Shown here in pieces: positions 37,404-47,020 of a stretch of 64,000 nucleotides of DNA. This DNA is from Candidatus Levyibacteriota bacterium. GTDB lineage: Bacteria; Patescibacteriota; Microgenomatia; Levybacterales; UBA12049. The stretch covers positions 529,199 through 593,198 of the forward strand of contig JACOXT010000003.1 of assembly GCA_016182235.1 (NCBI GenBank). Reading direction: 5' to 3'. The position numbers and the translations under genes were made by a program. Numbering within the stretch: position 1 is the stretch's first letter; every line of letters starts with the position of its first letter. Under the pieces are notes generated by a model, which was not told where the DNA came from, ran no database searches, and worked only from the letters and a program-made list of their open reading frames with translations.

Positions 37404-37784
37404 GTGAAAATAGCAAACCCGATCGCCAAATTTGGTGAAGATAAGGCCTGCGAATACCTCAAAAAACTAGGTTATAAAATTGTTGAAAGAAACTTCAGGA
37501 AAGGATATGGGGAAATCGATATTATCGCAATCGAAGAGACTGAAAAGGATGGGAAAATTTTAGTTTTTATCGAAGTAAAAACAAGAACATCTGATAGTTA
37601 TGGCACGCCGCTTGAAGCAATTACTTATTGGAAATTGAAAGAAATTGTTAAGACTGCACAGTTTTACAAAATGATCCATCCTAAGCTCCCTGAAAGTCTC
37701 AGAATTGACGCGGTGTCTGTTACCTTGTTAAATGGTAGTGAGGTTGAAAAAATCGAATTAACAAAAAACATCAGCGGATTTTAA
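37404..37784 (+). CDS. YraN family endonuclease (UPF0102)
   Basis: GEDKACEYLKKLGYKIVERNFR...GEIDIIA...FIEVKTR motif series. GTG start directly after the rplS stop. Confidence 0.8.
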   Translation: MKIANPIAKFGEDKACEYLKKLGYKIVERNFRKGYGEIDIIAIEETEKDGKILVFIEVKTRTSDSYGTPLEAITYWKLKEIVKTAQFYKMIHPKLPESLRIDAVSVTLLNGSEVEKIELTKNISGF

Positions 37785-39793
37785 TAAGTGGTTAGTTTGA
37801 GGCGTTTTATTTGGTCCCGAATCATTGCGGCTTTTTCAAAACTTAGATTTTGCGCGGCTTCTTTCATTTCAAGTCTAAGTCTTTTTATCAGTATCTCTTT
37901 CTCATCAGGCAGTATTACCTCTTTTTTGGAAAGATTGAGGAGAAAATCCAAATTATCTTTATTTTTAGAATCTTGCGATAAATCTTCGTCAATCAATTTT
38001 GCCCTTATTCTTTTTTGAATTCCTATCGGAGTCTTATTAAATTTTTTATTGTAAGCAATCTGGATATTTCTCCGTCTTTCTACTTCAGAAATTGCGCTAC
38101 TCATTGATTTTGTAACTGTGTCCGCGTACATAATAACAGAAGAGTCAATGTGGCGTGCCGCTCTTCCCATTGTTTGGATAAGCGAAGTTCTGCTTCTTAA
38201 GAAACCTTCTTTGTCAGCATCAAGTATTGCGATCAGAGAAACTTCTGGTAAATCCAACCCCTCACGAAGTAAATTTATTCCAACAACTACGTCGTATTCT
38301 CCTTCCCGCAATTTATCTAAAATATCCTGCCTTTCAAGAGTTTGAATATCCGAATGAAGGTACGCGACTTTTATATTGTTATCCTCAAGATAAGATGCCA
38401 GTTCTTCAGCCATTCTTTTCGTAAGCGTTGTTATTAAGACTCTTTGTTTTTTTGAAACTCTTTTTTTTATTTCAGAAATTAAATCTACGATTTGTCCAGA
38501 CGTTGGTTTAATAGTAATTTTAGGGTCTACAAGATTGGTTGGGCGGATAAGCTGTTCAACAACAGCGTCATTTTCCTTCGAGAGCGATAGCTCATATTCA
38601 TCAGGGGTAGCGCTAACATAAATTATCTGATTTAATCTTTGCATCAACTCCAGAAATTTTAATGGCCTATTGTCAAGAGCGGACGGCAAACGAAAACCAT
38701 AGTCAATTAAAGTTTGTTTTCGCGACCGGTCGCCATTGTACATTCCTCTTAATTGCGGGAGAGAGATATGGGATTCATCAATAATGCACAAAAAGTCTTT
38801 ACTTGAGGCGTGATGGAAGTAGTCAAGGAGTGTGTAAGGAGGTTCCCCTGGAGATCGTCCGTCAAAGTATCTCGAATAGTTTTCTATTCCGTTTACATAA
38901 CCTATTTCTTTTATCATCTCAAGATCAAAATTTGTCCGCTGTGTAAGTCTTTGCGCCTCCAAAATTTTGCCGGAACCCCTAAGCATCCCGACTCTTTCTT
39001 CTAAATCATGCCGGATTCTTGGGAATACATCTACGTAAGAATTTGGATCTGTCATATAATGTTTGGCAGGATAGATAACAGTGTTTTTTAGAATATTAAT
39101 TGTATCTCCGGTTAAGGGGCTAAATTCTGAAATAGATTGTATTTTGTCATTTTTAAGCTCTATTCTTAGCCCGGTGTCTTTGTAGGCCGGGAAAAGATCT
39201 ATTGATTCTCCTCGTGTCCTAAAACTTCCCCTTTCAAACGCGTACTCATTTCGCTCATACTGCAGATCCGTCAAACGCATAAGAATTGCCTTAATTGTCA
39301 CTTTCATCCCGCTTGCCAGCTCCAAAACAAACTTTCCATACTCAACAGGGGAGCCTAAATTATAGATACATGAAACTGAAGCCACAACAATAACGTCTTT
39401 ACGCGTCAGAAGATTCGTAGTTGCTGACAGTCTCAATTTATCTATTTCTTCATTTATCTCTGCCTCTTTTTCAATATAAGTGTCAGATTGCGGAACATAT
39501 GCTTCCGGTTGGTAATAATCATAATATGAAACAAAATATGAAATCGCGTTATTTGGAAAGAAATCCCGAAACTCCTGATAGAGTTGTGCCGCGAGGGTTT
39601 TGTTGTGAGAAATAACAAGAGTTGGTTTTTGAATACTCGCGATAACATTTGCCATGGTAAATGTTTTGCCGCTTCCCGTGACTCCAAGAAGCACTTGATG
39701 ACGCATGTCTTTTTGCAAATTATTAACTAATTTCTCAATAGCTTCAGGCTGGTCCCCTGTTGGCTTGAAATCTGATACAAGCTGAAACTTCAT
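37781..39793 (-). CDS. uvrB: excinuclease ABC subunit B
   Basis: GVTGSGKT, helicase motifs, and the C-terminal UVR motif FEKAAMIRDQIKRL. Confidence 0.95.
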   Translation of the reverse strand: MKFQLVSDFKPTGDQPEAIEKLVNNLQKDMRHQVLLGVTGSGKTFTMANVIASIQKPTLVISHNKTLAAQLYQEFRDFFPNNAISYFVSYYDYYQPEAYVPQSDTYIEKEAEINEEIDKLRLSATTNLLTRKDVIVVASVSCIYNLGSPVEYGKFVLELASGMKVTIKAILMRLTDLQYERNEYAFERGSFRTRGESIDLFPAYKDTGLRIELKNDKIQSISEFSPLTGDTINILKNTVIYPAKHYMTDPNSYVDVFPRIRHDLEERVGMLRGSGKILEAQRLTQRTNFDLEMIKEIGYVNGIENYSRYFDGRSPGEPPYTLLDYFHHASSKDFLCIIDESHISLPQLRGMYNGDRSRKQTLIDYGFRLPSALDNRPLKFLELMQRLNQIIYVSATPDEYELSLSKENDAVVEQLIRPTNLVDPKITIKPTSGQIVDLISEIKKRVSKKQRVLITTLTKRMAEELASYLEDNNIKVAYLHSDIQTLERQDILDKLREGEYDVVVGINLLREGLDLPEVSLIAILDADKEGFLRSRTSLIQTMGRAARHIDSSVIMYADTVTKSMSSAISEVERRRNIQIAYNKKFNKTPIGIQKRIRAKLIDEDLSQDSKNKDNLDFLLNLSKKEVILPDEKEILIKRLRLEMKEAAQNLSFEKAAMIRDQIKRLKLTTY

Positions 39794-39859
39794 AGACTTT
39801 ACATTTTATCATATCTATAAGATGGGATAAATTGACATACTTTGTGCTGATTTGTCATC

Positions 39860-39889
39860 TTGACAAAATACTCGAACATTTCGTATAAA
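39860..39889 (+). promoter_or_regulatory. candidate lexA promoter with a possible operator in the spacer
   Basis: TTGACA (39860..39865), an 18-nt spacer, then TATAAA (39884..39889), which ends 7 nt before the lexA ATG. The spacer contains the CGAA-CAT-TTCG palindrome (39873..39883), which includes a CGAAC half-site. Confidence 0.4.
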
Positions 39890-39896
39890 ATATATT

Positions 39897-40523
39897 ATGC
39901 CAGGAGTATTATACAAAAAGGAACGGGATCTATTAGAATATCTTGCACAGTTTCAAAGGCAATATGGATATTCTCCAAAACTGCACGAGATCGCGCAGGC
40001 AACGGGACACAGAAGCAATTCTACAGTACACGCAATAATTAAATCACTTGTTGAGAAAGGATATATTCAAAAAGTCGACGGTAATACAAGGGTTCTCAAG
40101 ATAATTGATCAGAAAATTTCTAATACTCTTTTGGGAAGTCATCCGGCTATTGATTTACCTTTGATGGGATATATCGCGGCGGGTAAACCCCTGGAACCCC
40201 ATACCGATCCGAATGCTTCTTTTCAGATCTCAGCATCAATGATTTCGGGCAAAAAAACAGCTTATGTTTTACAGGTAAAGGGTAATTCAATGATAGAGGA
40301 TGGAATTTTGGATGGGGATTTTGTCGTCATAGAAAAAGCGGACGCCGCCTCAAACGGAGATATAGTCGTAGCGCTTGTTGATAACAATCTCGCGACTCTT
40401 AAAAGATTTTATAATGAAAACGGTAGAGTTGCTCTGAAACCCGCCAATTCAGAAATGGCGCCTATTTACCCCAATACCCTAACAATTCAAGGCAAAGCAG
40501 TTGGACTGGTCAGGAGATTCTAA
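39897..40523 (+). CDS. lexA: LexA repressor (S24 peptidase)
   Basis: wHTH N-terminus, cleavage site AAG (YIAAGKPLEP), Ser in VKGNSM, Lys in LKRF. Confidence 0.85.
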   Translation: MPGVLYKKERDLLEYLAQFQRQYGYSPKLHEIAQATGHRSNSTVHAIIKSLVEKGYIQKVDGNTRVLKIIDQKISNTLLGSHPAIDLPLMGYIAAGKPLEPHTDPNASFQISASMISGKKTAYVLQVKGNSMIEDGILDGDFVVIEKADAASNGDIVVALVDNNLATLKRFYNENGRVALKPANSEMAPIYPNTLTIQGKAVGLVRRF

Positions 40524-41240
40524 TTGGGAACACTATACATTGTAGCAACTCCAATAGGGAATTTAAAAGACATAACTCTCAGAGCGCTTGAAGTTCTCGA
40601 TAAAACAGAAATAATTGCTTGCGAAGATACAAGACGCACAGGTCTTCTTCTCTCATCCATTCGTCATTCTGGTAAGCCGATGGCGCATCCAGAATCCGAG
40701 AATAATAAACCGACACTCCTTTCCTACTTCGAACAAAACGAGCTTAAAAGAATTCCTCAGATTTTAAATGCTTTACATAACGGGATTGATGTTGCTCTTG
40801 TTTCTGACGCCGGAACTCCGACTATCTCAGATCCCGGATTTAAGTTAGTTAGGGAGTGTGTTAAAGAGGGGATAAAAGTTGAATCAATTCCGGGACCATC
40901 GTCAACAATAACAGCGCTTGTTGTTTCCGGATTGCCGACTGACAAGTTTTTGTTTTTGGGATTTCTTCCCCAGAAACCGGGACATAGAAAAAAATTGTTA
41001 AGGAACGTTTTGGACTCGCAGAAATTTGTCAAATCAACAGTTATTCTTTTTGAATCTCCCCACAAACTAATTACAACACTTTCTGAAATAAAAGAGATTT
41101 TTGGAGATATAGATATTGTCATTGCCCGCGAATTAACAAAAATCCACGAAGAAATTCGCCGCGAAAAAATATCAAAGTCAATTGGGCATTTCCAAAAAAC
41201 CAATCCTAAAGGAGAATTCGTAATCTTATTCCACTTATAG
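40524..41240 (+). CDS. rsmI: 16S rRNA (cytidine1402-2'-O)-methyltransferase
   Basis: GTLYIVATPIGNLKDITLRALEVL...ACEDTR and SDAGTPTISDPG motifs. TTG start abutting the lexA stop. Confidence 0.85.
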   Translation: MGTLYIVATPIGNLKDITLRALEVLDKTEIIACEDTRRTGLLLSSIRHSGKPMAHPESENNKPTLLSYFEQNELKRIPQILNALHNGIDVALVSDAGTPTISDPGFKLVRECVKEGIKVESIPGPSSTITALVVSGLPTDKFLFLGFLPQKPGHRKKLLRNVLDSQKFVKSTVILFESPHKLITTLSEIKEIFGDIDIVIARELTKIHEEIRREKISKSIGHFQKTNPKGEFVILFHL

Positions 41241-41284
41241 CTAACCATAGTGTAATTTTACACAAGATATAATATAATCCACCT

Positions 41285-42313
41285 ATGGTAAATAACCTAT
41301 CAAAAGATGAGGAAAAAATCCTTAATTCTATAAAAGTTGCTTCTGAAAACGATCCAACCAAACCCGAATTTCCGCCAGATAATCCCAAGTTCCCTGCTAC
41401 ACCAACTTATAAAATAAAAGTTCCTGGGTTCTCAAACGTTTGGCTTAAAGATGAAAGTATAAACAAGTACAGCGGTACTCACAAAGATAGATTAGCTTGG
41501 GAAGTAGTAGTTTTATATCGAAATTTTTTAATTGCCAAAAAAAGAGAGCAGTTAAAGGGTAGCCTTCCAATATTTTCGATAATTTCTTCAGGATCAGCCG
41601 CAATTGCTATTGGTCGTATGCTTAGAAATTATCATCTTCCAAAGCTTAATGTATTGGTTGATACTAACTTAGATCCAAAAACATATGAGGCAATTAAAAC
41701 ATCTCATTGTCGAGTATTTAAAACAGATTTGAGAATAAAGCCATTTTCTACAAAAGAAATTCTATCTTTAACAGATAATGAAGAGGGATTTGATCTAACA
41801 TCTAATCAAGGTGTGGGCCTGGAAACAGGCAATTTTGATTGGATGAGTTATGAGATTCTCAACATATCTCCTGACTATTGTTTTATTCCTTTTGGCACTG
41901 GTACTTTATTTGAGAAAGTCTTAGAAATAAATAAGCTTGAGGTAGCATACTCAAAACACGATCCGAGATTTACTGGAAACATTAATAAACTAGCTAATTG
42001 CAATTTCATGGGCGCAACAACAAAGTACCCGAGTTCCAAAGCTGATAAGTTATTTGCTTACCATTTACCTTTTTCTAAGATCGATGAGGAAATGATAAGG
42101 TTTTATATAACTTCAGGGTTTTGCGGTACACAAACCGGAATTTACCTAATAAAAGAAGCTTTCCTTGAAAGGGCAATAGGAGTAGTAAAATCTCAGGAAA
42201 TTCTATTTGAACCTTCTGGCATCGCAGGCCTTGCTTTGATGCTGCAAATGAGAGATAAACTACCAAAAAATAAAAAGATGCTAATAATCAACACGGGAAA
42301 AACCAAACTATAA
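41285..42313 (+). CDS. fold-type II PLP-dependent enzyme (Trp-synthase-beta/threonine-synthase superfamily), specificity unknown
   Basis: VWLKDESINKYSGTHKDR (PLP-lysine motif), SSGSAAIAIG, PFGTGTLF, EPSGIAGLA. Confidence 0.6.
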   Translation: MVNNLSKDEEKILNSIKVASENDPTKPEFPPDNPKFPATPTYKIKVPGFSNVWLKDESINKYSGTHKDRLAWEVVVLYRNFLIAKKREQLKGSLPIFSIISSGSAAIAIGRMLRNYHLPKLNVLVDTNLDPKTYEAIKTSHCRVFKTDLRIKPFSTKEILSLTDNEEGFDLTSNQGVGLETGNFDWMSYEILNISPDYCFIPFGTGTLFEKVLEINKLEVAYSKHDPRFTGNINKLANCNFMGATTKYPSSKADKLFAYHLPFSKIDEEMIRFYITSGFCGTQTGIYLIKEAFLERAIGVVKSQEILFEPSGIAGLALMLQMRDKLPKNKKMLIINTGKTKL

Positions 42314-42376
42314 TTTCTTATTTCACCAGATGAGGCTCTCTTGTACTACTTAAAATATTAGTTTAGAATCTTATAT

Positions 42377-44215
42377 ATGAGCGAGATTCAAGAGTTAGTT
42401 ACACCAGTTCAACCTCAACCCGAACACATAGTTAACCAAAAAGATGTTTTCAGAACAAAAGTGAAAAACATATTTGTAAATGCAAATGACAGAGGCGGAA
42501 GACCCGAAAGCACTCCTTCAGAGCTAGAAGAAGTTGATAGCTTTTTAAAATCTGAAGATCGTTTTACAGATAAATGGTGGGAAAAAATGTATATATGGAT
42601 GGATCAACATGACTTCCACCGCCAAAAAGATTTAGTAATGCAAGCAACTTCTGAATCTTTAGGCTCCTTGCCAGAGAACGCGACACTCCCTAGTCAACTA
42701 AAATACTGGATAAATAAAATTAACGGCTGGCCGCAGAATGAAGCAATAAGGAAACAAATATTGGACACCTTAAGAAATTCCTCAATACCTCTATCTTTGA
42801 GAAGTCAGCTTGGCAAATACCTAGCGGAAAGCGATGTTACTCCATACAGTGTAGATTCAATTATAGAAGATTATAGAATATTAGGAGAGGATGTAGGTGA
42901 GGAAGTAAGAGCTCAGATATTTCCTATAATGTTAATAGGCGGTGCATATGAAAAGTTTGAGGAATACAAAGAAGACTTCATTAATCTTTATGAGCATAAG
43001 GCTGAATCTCCGAATTTAGCACCCGATAAGAAACAATCTTTACTGGGAAAAATTGGCTCTCGTTTCAGACGCCCGCAAAGACTCAGCCGTGAACAAGAAC
43101 TTCACAAAAGAAATCTTGCGGAGAGAAGAATTGAGACCATTAGAAATCTTGTCTTAGAGCTATTCCCTCCTTTATCAGAAGATCCGGATCAGTTCGGTAA
43201 ATGGAAACGACTACATCCTTATGAAGGTGTAGGGCATGGCGGAAAGTATTCAGATGAACCTGTAAGCGTGTGTATGTCAACACTGCCTGTTGAAACTTTA
43301 GAAAAGTATTTGGATGATCTAAAACTCTTGAAGGCATTGCCGGAATTCGAAAATCTATCAACAAATGTTGCTAGTCGGAGAGGGAAGGGGGTTGAAGCTC
43401 CCTTTGTTGCTTTAGGACACGCTACTACAGGATTTTATGATAGCGATGATTTTATCTCAGTTGACTCTGTTTTGCGTTATTTAAACAGCTTAAAGAGAAC
43501 TGAAGTCTTAGATGAGCGCATAGTTGATGAAGTTTTATCTGGAATGGGAGCATTCACGATTTATGACGATATAAATGCTATAGTTCGCAGAAACTTTAGA
43601 GCGTTAATCGAGGAGACTCAACTGCCCAATGAATACATGATAACTACTAATGATTATTCTATGTTAAGAATTCGCGATGAAGACGCATTTAAAGACCGGT
43701 TAGAAACAGCAAAATCAATAACGCTTGCACATAAGAACTATAATAATTGTTTTTTACTAGTTTACGATCTAGTTGACAAAGGCATTATCAGCGGAGAGAG
43801 AGCCCTAGAGTTACCAAATAAAGCAAGCAATATTTTTTCAAGAGAACCTTTAATGAATTACGTATTTGATCTAGCTTTTTTAAAATTTCCAGAATTATTT
43901 CTAAAAACAGACGATGGGATAGAATTTCTTACCCATTATTCTACCAACGGTATATTTTCCCTGGATAAGTCCCTTGATTCAAGAATAGGTTCGTTAACTG
44001 AGAATCTTCAACGAGAAGGAATATTTAAGTTTTCAAATTTTATCAAAGATGTTATTCCCCGTGAGATAGAGCGTGTTGATAAATTGTTGCTGGAAAACTC
44101 TTCAATAGAGATAACTCAAGAAAATTGGCAGCCCTTTTTATTTGCGTATATTAGTAGACATACAGAACCATGGGGATTTCCCAATCTTTCGCCTAGATCC
44201 GCAGAAAGAATCTAA
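42377..44215 (+). CDS. hypothetical protein (612 aa), no recognisable domain
   Basis: Long uninterrupted ORF on the same strand as its flanking genes; no TM helix or signal peptide. Confidence 0.75.
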   Translation: MSEIQELVTPVQPQPEHIVNQKDVFRTKVKNIFVNANDRGGRPESTPSELEEVDSFLKSEDRFTDKWWEKMYIWMDQHDFHRQKDLVMQATSESLGSLPENATLPSQLKYWINKINGWPQNEAIRKQILDTLRNSSIPLSLRSQLGKYLAESDVTPYSVDSIIEDYRILGEDVGEEVRAQIFPIMLIGGAYEKFEEYKEDFINLYEHKAESPNLAPDKKQSLLGKIGSRFRRPQRLSREQELHKRNLAERRIETIRNLVLELFPPLSEDPDQFGKWKRLHPYEGVGHGGKYSDEPVSVCMSTLPVETLEKYLDDLKLLKALPEFENLSTNVASRRGKGVEAPFVALGHATTGFYDSDDFISVDSVLRYLNSLKRTEVLDERIVDEVLSGMGAFTIYDDINAIVRRNFRALIEETQLPNEYMITTNDYSMLRIRDEDAFKDRLETAKSITLAHKNYNNCFLLVYDLVDKGIISGERALELPNKASNIFSREPLMNYVFDLAFLKFPELFLKTDDGIEFLTHYSTNGIFSLDKSLDSRIGSLTENLQREGIFKFSNFIKDVIPREIERVDKLLLENSSIEITQENWQPFLFAYISRHTEPWGFPNLSPRSAERI

Positions 44216-44235
44216 AAAGAGAAGATCCAACTGAT

Positions 44236-46389
44236 TTGTCTTTTTCTCTAAATATGATTACAAAATTCATCGATTTTTGCGGTGGAGCAGGACCACTCAG
44301 TCAAATACGATCTCTCGGCTCTTTTATTAACGATGTCGACAATGCTTACTCAAAGAGTACGACGGTTGAAAGAACTGAGGTAGAAATCTTTAATGGATTG
44401 GTAAAGATAGAAGAAAAATTTGCAAAAGAGAGATGGTCCAACGAAGATAAGGCTGATTTTTATAATATTTCCCGTGATATATTAGGTGCTGCACCTAGCA
44501 TTTTCTCAGATTGTCTGGGTCTTTTTGAAAGATTAAACCCATCACAAATGAAGTTATTTGCCAAAGAAATATATCCTCTATACAGAACCAAACTCGTATT
44601 AATAGAGAAAATAGATGATAAAGGCAAAAAAGTATATAATAGGCAACAATTGCTTCAATTAAGAACTGCCATCCGAGGTTTTGTAAGTTTATTGAATGAG
44701 GGAGAAAAACCTTTAGAAACTCAGAAGCAAAATCTACTTGTAGATATACAAAACCTTATTAAAGATCGCTTTGGAATCATAAAAATTCCTGAAAACTTTA
44801 CCCCAGAACATACGCGTTCAATCATCAATATATCTACTTATCTAGCAAATCTTCATGGAAGAACTCCCGAAAAAGAAACAATAATAGGATTCTATTTGTC
44901 TTTAATGATAAATGATAAATGGGACAGCTTTAGGAGTGGTGAAGAAATTAATCCTGATGAATATTTAACTCATGAAAAAAGCAGTGAAATTAAGTCATTC
45001 CTAAATAACAGACAAAGATTAAATCCTCTGAATGTTGATAATTTAGGCATTCACCAGGAACAATTATCTGAACTAATTAAATTGTTGCAAAAAGAGCAAC
45101 AAAATATTGTTATAGGCAACATTGAAACAATTGATATCAAGCTAACAAATATTATTCTAAATTTACATGGTTTGGAAGATCCAGATTTGCACCCCGATCT
45201 CTTGGACAAACAAAGACTGAAGCTATTATTGAATTGGGGCAACAGGAAAATAGGATCAACAGTTGCAAAAATGTATCAGAAGTCTCTAAATCCTGAAAGA
45301 TCAATTCAGTTTTCTGGGGAAGAGACAATTATTCAACAAGACATAACTAGTATTATTCAAGAAAGTGGACTCATTCTTAATCACCAAGTATTAAAAGAAC
45401 ACTTTCAAGATGGAATCAAACCTTTAGCAACAGTTGTTAATCTACTTGGATTTGTTGGGGAAACACAGGCAGAACCCGAAATAGAGCAACTAAGAAATTT
45501 ATTGGAACCTTCAGATAAAGTTATTGAGATATTTAGAAGGTTAGGAGAAGACTTCAAGCCTACTTCGGGCGCAATTGCACTATCTCAAGACTTAACATAT
45601 CTTGATAATCTAATTGTAAAAAGGGAAGACGAGCTTACGCTGGAAGAAAGGACATTACTTACAGATTATACCACTCAAATAAGAAAACAGGTAATAAAAC
45701 TTGAAAGTATATATGGTCAAATTAAAAATAAATTTGCTGGTCTGAAACAAGGATTAAATACTCCCAAGAGTCCTCTTCTTCAAGACAAACTGCATGAGAT
45801 AGATAGGATTATTAATACTCAAACTACACAGCAAGTAATTACAAGTATTATGACAAATAATTTGAATACAATTATAGAAAATATCCGCGAATGTTTATCT
45901 TGCACTAAGGAAGGAAGTAATAATGATACTAATTTAACTTTTGGAGATACGAATAAATTTTACTTATATAGTCAAACCGAGACGCAGGAAAAAGGAAGTA
46001 TTTCAGACCAGGTAGTGTTTGTTGAGCCAACTACTAGAAAAGACGGTTCTCAGAGTATTTCATTTGTTCTTGACAGAGTTTACGGTACCAATACGCCTAC
46101 TATTCTGGAAAACCAGGTGGATACAATCCTAAAGAAATGCACAACAATTAGAGAAAGATTTCCTAAAATAAAACTAACAATTTTTGTTTCTGACGCAGCA
46201 ACCAAAACAGGCGGAATTTCAACTGATATGTTTTTGGAAAGACTGAGAGCAAAAAAAATTACAGCTGAGAGGGAAATAATAGAAGTGAACGTAGTCGAGT
46301 CGTCCACTGGAGACCATTACATTGAATTCGGTGGAGATGCTAGAAAATCTGGGAAAAGAGATGTAGATGGAATCCTCATTTCTGCCTGA
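44236..46389 (+). CDS. hypothetical protein (717 aa), no recognisable domain
   Basis: Long uninterrupted ORF with a TTG start 20 nt after the upstream stop; the start codon is uncertain. No TM helix or signal peptide. Confidence 0.75.
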   Translation: MSFSLNMITKFIDFCGGAGPLSQIRSLGSFINDVDNAYSKSTTVERTEVEIFNGLVKIEEKFAKERWSNEDKADFYNISRDILGAAPSIFSDCLGLFERLNPSQMKLFAKEIYPLYRTKLVLIEKIDDKGKKVYNRQQLLQLRTAIRGFVSLLNEGEKPLETQKQNLLVDIQNLIKDRFGIIKIPENFTPEHTRSIINISTYLANLHGRTPEKETIIGFYLSLMINDKWDSFRSGEEINPDEYLTHEKSSEIKSFLNNRQRLNPLNVDNLGIHQEQLSELIKLLQKEQQNIVIGNIETIDIKLTNIILNLHGLEDPDLHPDLLDKQRLKLLLNWGNRKIGSTVAKMYQKSLNPERSIQFSGEETIIQQDITSIIQESGLILNHQVLKEHFQDGIKPLATVVNLLGFVGETQAEPEIEQLRNLLEPSDKVIEIFRRLGEDFKPTSGAIALSQDLTYLDNLIVKREDELTLEERTLLTDYTTQIRKQVIKLESIYGQIKNKFAGLKQGLNTPKSPLLQDKLHEIDRIINTQTTQQVITSIMTNNLNTIIENIRECLSCTKEGSNNDTNLTFGDTNKFYLYSQTETQEKGSISDQVVFVEPTTRKDGSQSISFVLDRVYGTNTPTILENQVDTILKKCTTIRERFPKIKLTIFVSDAATKTGGISTDMFLERLRAKKITAEREIIEVNVVESSTGDHYIEFGGDARKSGKRDVDGILISA

Positions 46390-46391
46390 AT

Positions 46392-47018
46392 TTATATACG
46401 CCCTAGAGAAGTCTTGAGCGTCTTTTTTGAAACAATCTCTCCGGTTGCATCAATCTCATAAATATAAATCTCGCCTGTTGCGATTTCGAGTTTTTCGACA
46501 TCTTTATCTGAGATATTTTCAAGATATTTTACAAGAGCCCGAAGTGAATTTCCGTGAGCAACAACCAATACATTTTTCCCTGCTTTAAGTTTTGGTAAAA
46601 TTTTATTTTGATAGTAGGGAACAACGCGATTATAAACGTCTTTTAGAGACTCGCCATTTTTTATTGGCATGTTCCACCCTCTTCGAATTTTTTGAAATTC
46701 TGACTTTCCTACTTCTTTTTGAATCTCCCATTTATTCTTGCCGGTCAAATAACCATAGTCTCTTTCATTTAACGCTTCATCTTCAATTGAGGAAAGCGTA
46801 TTAAGATTTAAAACTTTTCTAATTTCATCCAAAGTTTCCTTTGCTCTTTTAAGAACTGAAGTAAATGCCAAGTCTATTTTTATGTTTTCTAAAGATTTTC
46901 CTGCAAGCCTAGCTTCCTGCCGACCTTTTTCGCTAAGACTAATATCTGTTAATCCAGTCCAAACACCTTTTGCATTCCACAGAGACTCGCCATGTCTAAC
47001 CAAAATTAAATTAGCCAT
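46392..47018 (-). CDS. gpmA: 2,3-bisphosphoglycerate-dependent phosphoglycerate mutase (histidine phosphatase family)
   Basis: LILVRHGESLWN and VVAHGNSLRAL motifs. Confidence 0.85.
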   Translation of the reverse strand: MANLILVRHGESLWNAKGVWTGLTDISLSEKGRQEARLAGKSLENIKIDLAFTSVLKRAKETLDEIRKVLNLNTLSSIEDEALNERDYGYLTGKNKWEIQKEVGKSEFQKIRRGWNMPIKNGESLKDVYNRVVPYYQNKILPKLKAGKNVLVVAHGNSLRALVKYLENISDKDVEKLEIATGEIYIYEIDATGEIVSKKTLKTSLGRI

Positions 47019-47020
47019 AA

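Noticed and set aside
37781-37784. Convergent yraN and uvrB share a TTAA in which both stop codons overlap. HK/MGMT overlap by 19 nt and MTase/GT2 by 35 nt.
   Set aside because: These are real but read as ordinary genome compaction in a reduced genome rather than a regulatory feature.
39871-39886. Canonical Gram-positive SOS (Cheo) box CGAAC-N4-GTTCG upstream of lexA and uvrB
   Set aside because: Only one CGAAC half-site plus a short CGAA/TTCG palindrome is present, and the full consensus is not there. It is kept only as a low-confidence candidate operator.
40757-41248. 163-aa ORF antisense to rsmI. Similar shadow ORFs occur at 13772..14140, 16408..16785, 31418..31780, 59447..59902, 61650..61979 and 63140..63475.
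   Set aside because: Each lies fully inside a longer, motif-supported gene on the opposite strand, with low-complexity S/P/F-rich translations typical of antisense frames in AT-rich DNA.
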